Origin: Thalassobaculaceae bacterium
Lineage (GTDB): Bacteria > Pseudomonadota > Alphaproteobacteria > Thalassobaculales > Thalassobaculaceae
DNA length: 64,000 nucleotides
NCBI GenBank assembly: GCA_965228875.1
Contig: OZ245843.1
Coordinates: 788,616 to 852,615 of the forward strand
Direction of reading: 5' to 3'
This document shows positions 42,708 through 50,699 of this stretch, piece after piece. The first letter of the stretch is position 1. Each line of letters opens with the position of its first letter. The translations under genes were made by a program, and so were the position numbers. The notes under the pieces were generated by a model, which saw nothing but the letters and a program-made list of their open reading frames with translations, made no database searches and had not been told where the DNA came from.

Positions 42708-45700
42708 CTACTGCGCCGCGGCGAGCGGGAAGTCGCGCAGGCTCTTGCCGCCAGACTTGAACTCGGCTGTCTGCGTATATCCCTCCGACTTCGCGAGCCC
42801 CTCGACACGCGCCGGCACCCTCGAGCCGAGGTCGAACGCGGTGATCGTCTGACCGGACGCGCGCCGGCTGTCCAACTCACTGAGAATGGCGTGGGCGAAC
42901 ACGCCGTTCCGACCGTTGTATCCGTCCAGGGCCTCCTGGGTTTCGGACGACGCGGCCAGAATGAAGTAGCCGGTATCGTTGCCAATCTCGCCCGGGGTGT
43001 CGGTCGGCAGGGCTCCCGAGTGGCAGGTATCGAGAAAAACCATCGTGTTGGCCCCCAACAGACTGCCCAGCAATCCGACCAGCCGGTCCTGATCGATGGC
43101 CTGATCGGGAACCGCGTGGATCCCCTCAACGTTGTGACTGATGAAGTGGTACACGCCGCCATCAACAATGACGCCATGCCCGGCTATGTAGACAACCACA
43201 GTGTCGACCGGCTTGATCCGCTCTGCCACGCTGTCGAAGGCGCTCTGAATGCCCTCCGCCGTCGCTTCCTCGTCGAAGCGCGAGACCACCTGAACATCCT
43301 TGTAGAGCGGGGCACGGGACTGGCTGATCCGCTGCGATACCGAATCCGCATCGCGGCGGGCGAACGAAAGGTCCTGAATGTCGCCCTTGTAGATGTCGAT
43401 CCCCACCGCGATCACATAGAGCGTCGGTTCCGGCGGCGCTTCCGGCTCGGGTACCTTGAGGGTCAGCTCATGGGACTTGCCGAACACGCCGGACGTCGAA
43501 TAGGCCCTGACGTAAAGCTTGTTGAGGCCGGGCGACACGGTGACGACCTTTTCGACGGTCTGAACCTCGACGGCTTCGGTGTCCGCCGGCTTCTTGCGCG
43601 AGAGACCGCGGAACGCCTGGCCGGTTGTCCGGTCGTTCAGAAAAACGTCATACCGGGTCACGGGTTCGGATCCCGGCGTGATCTCGAAGACCAGACGGAC
43701 CCTGTCATGGCCTTCCGGCAGTAGCGACACGGCCGCGGGTGGTGCATCGGCGGACTGTTTTCGAGAAAGACCTCGACGCAACTGGTTGGCGGGATAGCAG
43801 GCGGTGTCGTCGCCCGTATCGGCTACGGCACAGAACCGGACAAGGGTGACGCTCGGCGCCAAGGCGATCGTGTTCTCGACTTCCGGGGCCGCATCCGGAC
43901 GCGCGACGTTGGCCGGTTGGACCAGCCCCACCCGATATCGCATCAGCTCGATATCGTAGAATCGCTTGTAGAGCTGGGAGAAGTCGATCCACCGGGCCAC
44001 CTGCTTGCGGCCACGGTTCAGGACATACCCCGCCAATTCCTGGCCGCCGCCGACCGAATGGGTGAAGTGGCCGTCCGGCGACCAAAGAATCCATCTTCGG
44101 CCGTCCGCGTGCACGAACAGAGACGCGATCTCCTCCAGTTCCTGCCCGGCGACGAGCGAGTACCATCGGATCGTACCGTCCCGGTGGGCGACCACCAGGC
44201 GTTTGCCGTCGGGGGTCGCGACGACGGCGGACGCCGCCGAGAGAACGACCGCCTCCCGCTGTGGCGTGCCGTCCGCCGCATACATCGAGAGTGAATAGTC
44301 GCTGCCGACGACAAAACCGTCATCCGTGAGTTCCGTCGCGCTTCTCGCGATGTCGCGGCGCGAGGACAGGCGGACCAGGCGGCCATCCAGTGTCATCTCC
44401 GGGCTGTCGCGCCAGCCCTCGAGCCTGGAGGGAGGAGCCGGCCTGGCGAAGCCCGGCGCCGGCTCCGGCGCGGCCTTCAGGGAAAGTGTCTTCGCGTCAA
44501 ACCGAAGGGTGCGATCGCGCCCTTCCGCCCGGAAGGAGAAGTCGACGACCGTTCCGTCTTCCGATGTCCTGAACACGCTCTCATACAGGCGTCGGAAGTC
44601 GGCCTTCGGGCTGGATATGCGGAAGAGAAGGCGGCCACTCTCGCCGGCGACGCGGCCCCATGCCGGATCGCCCGTCGCGAACAGGATGTCTCCCTCAGGC
44701 GTCGTCTCCAGGCGGGTGACCGCATCGCGGCTTACCGGTATGTCCGTGAAATCGTCGGGACGGTCGACGCTCCGCCAGCGCCGAACCACGATGTCGCGAT
44801 TGCGGTCGACGACGCCGCCGGACGCCCAGAGTTCGTCGCCCTTCGCGCCGACACGCCAGGCGACCGCGCTGAGGAAGAGTGTCGCCGTGCCCGGCGCATT
44901 CCCCGACAGCGACGTGGCGCGGCGCATGGACCCGACGTCAAGAATGTCCACCCTTGGCCGGTTGGCGTATGCGACCGCGAGTTGGGCACCGTTTGGAGAA
45001 AAACGGACCTGCGCCGGCCGGCCGTCGGGCGCGTTCCATTCCTTCACCGTCGAGAAGTCGTTGTCGTAGAGGCGAACGACCCCGTTTTCGGCCACGGCCG
45101 CCAGACGTCCATCTTGCGCGAATTCGACCCAGTTCGTCGCCGCGCCTAGATCGTCGGAGAACACGCGCTTGAGACGTTGGTCGATGACGGTGACGCCGCT
45201 TGGGTTGCGGGTATGGGCGGACGCGAGGAGGGTCGCCTTGCCATCGGCCGACGGTCGATGGGTATCGATGGCGTTGACGATACCGCCGGTCGCGACCCGG
45301 TCGATCGTCTCAAGGCCGGAGGAGAAGCGCACGAAGTAGAGCAGGTTCTGGCGCCGTCCCTGAGCGTCGGCGAAATAGCGACCACCGGTGAATCCGGAAG
45401 TGATGATATGGCTCTCGCCCGGCCAGTACTCGACGGTGTTGAGGACCCCTTCCTCGTCGGGGCCGACCGGTGTCCGGACGGTCTCCAGCAGCTCGCCCGT
45501 CGCCGCGTCCCAGAGACGCATGGTTTTGTCATCGGAGACGGTGGCAACGACGCCACCGTCCGCACGCACCTTGATGTCGCGGATCGTCGCCGTGTGGTTC
45601 CCCGTCTCGATCTGCAGTATCGGCGATGTCGGCAGCCCGTCGGCCCGCGCCGGATGGGAGAGAACGCCGGCGAGCATCGCGGCTGCGGCCAGGACGAGAG

Positions 45701-45767
45701 CGCAGACTCGAAGGTTCTTCCGGGGGGCGCCGTCCGGCCGGCGGCGAAATTTCGGCCCATACGACAT
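42708..45767 (-). CDS. Exported WD40 beta-propeller protein with C-terminal caspase-like (C14) domain
   Basis: Signal peptide ending ARA. WD repeats ('ATVSDDKTMRLWD', 'HRDGTIRWY'). C14 motifs 'VIAVGID', 'YIAGHG', 'FLDTCHSG', 'NGVFAHA'. Confidence 0.85.
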   Translation of the reverse strand: MSYGPKFRRRPDGAPRKNLRVCALVLAAAAMLAGVLSHPARADGLPTSPILQIETGNHTATIRDIKVRADGGVVATVSDDKTMRLWDAATGELLETVRTPVGPDEEGVLNTVEYWPGESHIITSGFTGGRYFADAQGRRQNLLYFVRFSSGLETIDRVATGGIVNAIDTHRPSADGKATLLASAHTRNPSGVTVIDQRLKRVFSDDLGAATNWVEFAQDGRLAAVAENGVVRLYDNDFSTVKEWNAPDGRPAQVRFSPNGAQLAVAYANRPRVDILDVGSMRRATSLSGNAPGTATLFLSAVAWRVGAKGDELWASGGVVDRNRDIVVRRWRSVDRPDDFTDIPVSRDAVTRLETTPEGDILFATGDPAWGRVAGESGRLLFRISSPKADFRRLYESVFRTSEDGTVVDFSFRAEGRDRTLRFDAKTLSLKAAPEPAPGFARPAPPSRLEGWRDSPEMTLDGRLVRLSSRRDIARSATELTDDGFVVGSDYSLSMYAADGTPQREAVVLSAASAVVATPDGKRLVVAHRDGTIRWYSLVAGQELEEIASLFVHADGRRWILWSPDGHFTHSVGGGQELAGYVLNRGRKQVARWIDFSQLYKRFYDIELMRYRVGLVQPANVARPDAAPEVENTIALAPSVTLVRFCAVADTGDDTACYPANQLRRGLSRKQSADAPPAAVSLLPEGHDRVRLVFEITPGSEPVTRYDVFLNDRTTGQAFRGLSRKKPADTEAVEVQTVEKVVTVSPGLNKLYVRAYSTSGVFGKSHELTLKVPEPEAPPEPTLYVIAVGIDIYKGDIQDLSFARRDADSVSQRISQSRAPLYKDVQVVSRFDEEATAEGIQSAFDSVAERIKPVDTVVVYIAGHGVIVDGGVYHFISHNVEGIHAVPDQAIDQDRLVGLLGSLLGANTMVFLDTCHSGALPTDTPGEIGNDTGYFILAASSETQEALDGYNGRNGVFAHAILSELDSRRASGQTITAFDLGSRVPARVEGLAKSEGYTQTAEFKSGGKSLRDFPLAAAQ

Positions 45768-45785
45768 CGTATCCTCCGCAGGTGG

Positions 45786-45812
45786 CCGCCCGACCGATCG
45801 CCGGTCGGGCGG
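45786..45812. repeat. Intra-operon 11-bp inverted repeat
   Basis: CCGCCCGACCG-ATCGC-CGGTCGGGCGG between the lipoprotein and WD40-caspase genes, with no U-tract. Confidence 0.6.
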
Positions 45813-45834
45813 ATGTTCGGACCGCTACCGTGGT

Positions 45835-46935
45835 TCAGCCCAGTGTGAACTGATCGCTGTCCGCCTCGGCCGTCGCCGTGGCTTCGTACACGCGATCCCG
45901 CTTCTCGACGTTGGCGAGGCTCACGTCCTGCAGGTCCTCGACCTTGTCGCGGTCGCCGTCAGGCAGGACGATCGGCTTGAGATCCTCGTCCTCGATCGGC
46001 TTTTCGGCGGGCGCGTCGGCGATGCGGGCATTCGCCTTCGGCGTCGGGCTGGATGCGATGGTGGCATCGACCGATCCCAGGAGGAACTCGGCGATGTAGG
46101 CCTCGCCGCCGCTCGGATTGGCGATCTTGAACCAGTCGCCTTCCTGACCGATGACCCGCACGACGGTGCCGGCGCTGAGTGTGCCGACTTTGGCGTGGTC
46201 CGTTCCCGGACCGCCACGCAGGTTCGACCCCTGGAGGACCTTCATCCTCGTGCCGGAAGTGGCTTCCGACGACGTCGCGGAGCGGGTCTTCGTGGGCTCG
46301 TCGACGACCAGCTGTCGCCCGCCATTGTCGGCTGCAATCTGGTTGTAGACGGCGGCATAGCCGTCGGTGCGCTTGCCGATATTCTTGGCGATCTTGTCGA
46401 GCTGTTCGACGTCCTCATCATACCGCTGCTTCACCAGGGTCATGCGTTCCTGGGCGACGCCGCGTGTGATCCGGCCGGCCTTGAGATCCGCCCGGATGGC
46501 GGCGGCCTCTCCGGTCCGACAGTCCTTCAACGTGTCGAAACGGGTCAGAAGAAGATCGATGCGCTCGTTCTCCTCGCGCACGTTCTTGATCGCGGCGTCC
46601 GTAAGCTGGACCGGATCGGAATACTTTTCCTGCAGATCGTACAGCAGAGTGCCCGCAAGCGCCGCGGCGGCTCCGATCAGGCCGCCCTTGAGGGCGTTCT
46701 TGCCGGTCGCTGCGGCAATCAGTGCTCCACCGGCGGCACCGATCAGAACGTTGCGCAGCACCTCGGTCTCGAACGTGTTTCCCGTGCTGTCGAGTGCCGC
46801 CCGCTGGGTGTAACACACGTCCGTCTTGTCGCTGAGGTACCCGCCCGGAAGCACACTTCCGATATTGGTCGTCTGACACGCGGCAAGCACGATCACCATG
46901 CTCAGCGCCGTGCCTTTCTTCAGAGTTCTCTTCAT
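45835..46935 (-). CDS. Lipoprotein with glycine-zipper, coiled-coil and bacterial SH3 (SH3b) domain
   Basis: Lipobox LAAC. Glycine zipper 'IGAAGGALIAAATG..GGLIGAAAALAG'. SH3b 'NLRGGPGTDHAKVGTL..GDWFKI..AYI'. Confidence 0.75.
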   Translation of the reverse strand: MKRTLKKGTALSMVIVLAACQTTNIGSVLPGGYLSDKTDVCYTQRAALDSTGNTFETEVLRNVLIGAAGGALIAAATGKNALKGGLIGAAAALAGTLLYDLQEKYSDPVQLTDAAIKNVREENERIDLLLTRFDTLKDCRTGEAAAIRADLKAGRITRGVAQERMTLVKQRYDEDVEQLDKIAKNIGKRTDGYAAVYNQIAADNGGRQLVVDEPTKTRSATSSEATSGTRMKVLQGSNLRGGPGTDHAKVGTLSAGTVVRVIGQEGDWFKIANPSGGEAYIAEFLLGSVDATIASSPTPKANARIADAPAEKPIEDEDLKPIVLPDGDRDKVEDLQDVSLANVEKRDRVYEATATAEADSDQFTLG

Positions 46936-46999
46936 GATCCTGTCCCCTCTACGCTCCCGTTAGGGAATTGAATGGTTTCGCCACTGTTCTACCACCCGA

Positions 47000-48304
47000 T
47001 CAGTTCGGGTCGGAGATGAAGCCCACGAGCAACGGCGTCGGAACTTTCGCGTGATGCAACGCGATGTGAAACGGTCGGTCGACAATGAACTCGAACGTGT
47101 CGGTGTTGATGGAACGGAGGCTGAGGATTGCCGTCGCCGCGGATGCCGTTGTCCCCCGCTCATCGACAGCCAGATGGCTGCGCTGAACGATCTGGCTGAC
47201 CGCTGGTGGGAACGGGCCCCGTATTTCCTTGATGACGTCAGGATTGCCGAGCATTCCCGCGAGGCCGATCTCGGCCAGGATGTCCGTAAGGTCCATGTCG
47301 CCGCTCGCCGAGAACCGGGGGAGGGCGATGGTCCCCGAGGAGGACGGCATGGTTTCCTCGAAGTCGACCGTGAACAGCCATGACACAGCCTCGGCCCATG
47401 CGGCGTCCTGGTCGGCACCCTCGTTGGGAAGATAGATGAGGAGCGATAGCTCGGTGTCCTCGTAGAACAGGCGCGCCAGGTGGCCGTGCTCGGCAACGGC
47501 ATAGGGATAGCGTCCGCTCCGACGCATCATCGGGACGGTTTTCGATGCCCCGTCCTCGCCCGTGAACGACTGTTCCGTCGTCTCCGCCTTGGCGAACGGG
47601 CGCAGCCACGCGCCCTTGAAGTAGAACGCATTGGTTAGGAGCATCGTCGTCTGACCGGTGAGACGGTCGAGGATTGCCGGGATCGCCCCTTGTGTCTTGT
47701 CAGAGACCCAGTCGTTCACCTGTTTGAGCGCCTCCGGGGTTCCGAAATCGATGCTGGAGACCTCCCCGCGGTATTCCGATATCAGTCGCGTCGAGTACTC
47801 CGGCGAGATCGAGGAGGATTCCGGAAGCCAGAGAGCGTTGGCGAGAGTCAATCGACCCTTCTCGGTGACGGCATTGTCGTCCATCGCCGCGAGCGCTTCG
47901 TACGAGTGGCCGATGACCTCACCGATGTCGACCCGCCAGGTGTCGGACGCGGCCTCGCCGATCAGGGCAAGCGCGAGTTCGACACTGATCGGGGAGAGCA
48001 CGACGTTCCCGCTCCGGCTCTTCATCAGTGCGGAGTAGGCCCGCAGCCCGAGCGTTGCAGAGGGAGGCGCGACGACAACCGGCTTTTTGGTTTCAACGCT
48101 GAACTTGGAGCTGTCGTCGGTCGCCACCTGGGTGGGTGACCCGGTCGCCGTCTTGGCGGCCGCGATGGCCCGGGGCGCGTCCGGTCCGCTCGACAGGTCC
48201 GCAGACCAAGCCGCCGATGCGGCGACGACCATGACGGCGGCAGAAACCGATCCCAACAGCGCCCGGGTCACGGAAGCCGCGAAACCGGAAAGTGTTTCTG
48301 TCAT
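47000..48304 (-). CDS. Exported serpin (serine protease inhibitor family)
   Basis: 'NVVLSPISV', 'VNDWVSDKTQG', 'NAFYFKGAW', 'VPMM', 'LPRF', hinge 'VDERGTTASAAT', signature 'FIVDRPF'. Signal peptide present. Confidence 0.92.
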   Translation of the reverse strand: MTETLSGFAASVTRALLGSVSAAVMVVAASAAWSADLSSGPDAPRAIAAAKTATGSPTQVATDDSSKFSVETKKPVVVAPPSATLGLRAYSALMKSRSGNVVLSPISVELALALIGEAASDTWRVDIGEVIGHSYEALAAMDDNAVTEKGRLTLANALWLPESSSISPEYSTRLISEYRGEVSSIDFGTPEALKQVNDWVSDKTQGAIPAILDRLTGQTTMLLTNAFYFKGAWLRPFAKAETTEQSFTGEDGASKTVPMMRRSGRYPYAVAEHGHLARLFYEDTELSLLIYLPNEGADQDAAWAEAVSWLFTVDFEETMPSSSGTIALPRFSASGDMDLTDILAEIGLAGMLGNPDVIKEIRGPFPPAVSQIVQRSHLAVDERGTTASAATAILSLRSINTDTFEFIVDRPFHIALHHAKVPTPLLVGFISDPN

Positions 48305-48362
48305 TGGCGCATCCTCGCTCTTAGCGGTTCCATCCGGGTTTCGCGGCGGCCCATAGTCAGCC

Positions 48363-50699
48363 TCACTCCACAATCCGGTAGTTCGTCTGACCCATCGACC
48401 AACGGCCGCGCCGCACGGTCGCACCGGCGCCGACTGTGGGTTTGCGCAGCTCCGAGGCCAGCTTGTCGACGAAGGCCTTCGGTCCGGCAATCTGCAGTAC
48501 GTTGTCGAGAAGCTGCTGATCCAGTGGAGCTTCCGAGGCGACCGCCACCAACAGGTACTCGCCGGCGGGCGGCTGTACCTGAAACCACTCGTATCCCGTC
48601 TCCACCACGTCGGGCACCACCACCGGCCGGCCGCCCCGGATCTCGTACTCTTCGAGGTAGGCGTCGGGGTTGGGCAGAATCCGGCTGACACTCCCCGAGG
48701 GGGCGACCTCGAATAGGGTGAAGTGGCCCCCGATCTCGGAATCGACGCGGATACGAATGCGTGAGCCGACACGACGCTCCGTGCCCGGCTCCACCGTGAT
48801 ATCCAGCCGCGCGCCGTTCACCGGATTGAGGGCACCGCCCACACCGCTCCCGGCGTCGCCGACCGGTGCGCCGGTAAGGACCTCGGCCGTCATGATCGAC
48901 GCCGGCCCTTCAAGGCTCGGCGTCAGCCCGAGGACGCAGTAATCCGGGTTGCGTTTGCAGTACGCCTCGGACTCCGCCGTGACATGGTCGAGCAGCTCCG
49001 CATGGGTGACCTTGCCGTCCTGGTTTCCGTCCGCCTTCAGATCGGCGATGCCGGCGATGAACCGGCTCGTGAAGACGCCACGAGGTTCCGGCGACTCCAG
49101 GTCGACCAGCGCCACCTGGCTCGGGCTGACCGCTGTCCACGTCGAGACGTTGCCGTCCAGCGCCTCGAAGGCCCTGGACAGCTGCGCCTGGCGCACGGAG
49201 CCGCGGGGCAGCGGCAGTTTGGCCTTGGAGAAGCCGCCGGAAGGCTGACGTTTGAACCGGGTTGACGGTCCGAAGGACAGCGACCGCGTCATCGTTCCCG
49301 AATGACAGCTGTCCACGACGATGGTGATCTTGCGATCCGGCATGCGTTTCAGAATGTCGCGGATCTCGTCGTCGCGAATGATGTTGTCGACCGTGCCGTC
49401 GGCTTTCGGCACGGCGTCATGGGGAATGAGCACCTCATCCAGACCATCCTCCTCGTCGCCGTTCTGGTCGGGCACATAGAACCCGTGTCCGGAATACGAG
49501 AAGAACACCCGACCACCGGGTTTCGAGCCCTGGACGAGCCAAGATTGCATGGCGTCTAGAATGCGGTCGCGGGTCGCGTCCGCGTCCTTGAGCACCTTGA
49601 TCTGTTCGGGCCTGAACCCGAAGGATCCGGTCAGCAGGCCGACCATGGCATCGGCATCGGCACCCGATCCGACCAGGTCGTTGGCTTCGTCCCGGTAGTC
49701 GTCGATACCGATGACGAGCGCCCGGTCGGTGTCCACCGGCGCGGGCGGCGGCGGTGGCGGCGCCGCGGCGTAGCGCGGGAGTTTCACGTACTGCTCGATC
49801 CAGTCGACGTACCGCGACACCCTGGTGAAGATTGCTGGCGACAGCCCGCAGCTCACCTCCTCGGTGCCGGCGCCCCAACTGACCACGCCGATCTGATATG
49901 GCGCGCCATCCGGACCGGGCGCGAACAGCGGCCCCCCCGAGTCTCCCTGGCAGGTGGTGCGCTGACCGCCCCAGTCTCCCGCGCAGATCTGGTTCTCCGT
50001 GACCAAGGAGGACAGGAAGTCCGAAAATCTTCGCGTGCACTCCCGCCTGGACACAATCGGCAGGTCGGCCTGCAGCAGGTACTCCGAGACGACATTCTCG
50101 CGCCCGGACGTCTTGCCCCAGCCGATCGCGGTGGCGCTCAGGCCGGGGCGCTCGACCGCCTCGACGATGCCGCCGGCCGCCAGTTTCACAACCGGCAGGT
50201 CGATCGGACGTTTCAGCTCGATCAACGCAATGTCGTCGAGAATCTTGGGTTTGGGCTTGGTCGTCGTGGCCCGGATATATCCCGAATGGGCTATGATCCG
50301 CTTCGCAAACCCCAGCTTTCCATAGATCTGCGGTTCGCCGGGCCCAAGGAGAGCCGGCATGCGCGTATGGCCGGCCTGCACGACCACGACCGTATTTCCG
50401 TCATTCGGGTCGGTCACCCGCCCGTTGTCGTCGACGACGCAGTGCGCTGCGGTGAGGATCCAGCTTCGATCGATGAGAGTGCCACCGCAGGCGGTTCCCG
50501 CGGCGAACACGTACACCTGAAACGGCCATGCGCCGGGCCGCGCCTGAACGCCGCCGACAATCCGCGAACCACCGGCTTTCACAGTAGGGCGCTCGGTCGG
50601 GGTAACGAACGTGTCGAAGGTTTGAGCGCCCGCGTCGACGGCGGACACCAGCAGACCACTGGCAAGCAAGACAATCGTGAGCAGGCCTGACCTCAGCAC
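48363..50699 (-). CDS. Exported S1 (chymotrypsin-fold) serine protease - caspase-like C14 - DUF4384-like fusion
   Basis: 'R|IVGG', 'CGGTLI..TAAHC', 'DDIAL', 'CQGDSGGP', poly-Pro linker, then 'ALVIGID', 'YSGHG', 'VDSCHSG', and a C-terminal beta domain. GTG start overlaps the upstream stop. Confidence 0.88.
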   Translation of the reverse strand: MLRSGLLTIVLLASGLLVSAVDAGAQTFDTFVTPTERPTVKAGGSRIVGGVQARPGAWPFQVYVFAAGTACGGTLIDRSWILTAAHCVVDDNGRVTDPNDGNTVVVVQAGHTRMPALLGPGEPQIYGKLGFAKRIIAHSGYIRATTTKPKPKILDDIALIELKRPIDLPVVKLAAGGIVEAVERPGLSATAIGWGKTSGRENVVSEYLLQADLPIVSRRECTRRFSDFLSSLVTENQICAGDWGGQRTTCQGDSGGPLFAPGPDGAPYQIGVVSWGAGTEEVSCGLSPAIFTRVSRYVDWIEQYVKLPRYAAAPPPPPPAPVDTDRALVIGIDDYRDEANDLVGSGADADAMVGLLTGSFGFRPEQIKVLKDADATRDRILDAMQSWLVQGSKPGGRVFFSYSGHGFYVPDQNGDEEDGLDEVLIPHDAVPKADGTVDNIIRDDEIRDILKRMPDRKITIVVDSCHSGTMTRSLSFGPSTRFKRQPSGGFSKAKLPLPRGSVRQAQLSRAFEALDGNVSTWTAVSPSQVALVDLESPEPRGVFTSRFIAGIADLKADGNQDGKVTHAELLDHVTAESEAYCKRNPDYCVLGLTPSLEGPASIMTAEVLTGAPVGDAGSGVGGALNPVNGARLDITVEPGTERRVGSRIRIRVDSEIGGHFTLFEVAPSGSVSRILPNPDAYLEEYEIRGGRPVVVPDVVETGYEWFQVQPPAGEYLLVAVASEAPLDQQLLDNVLQIAGPKAFVDKLASELRKPTVGAGATVRRGRWSMGQTNYRIVE

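Noticed and set aside
48305..48772. N-terminal extension of the serpin ORF to 590 aa
   Set aside because: It overlaps the upstream gene in another frame. A signal peptide and an RBS (GAGGA) support the ATG at 48304.
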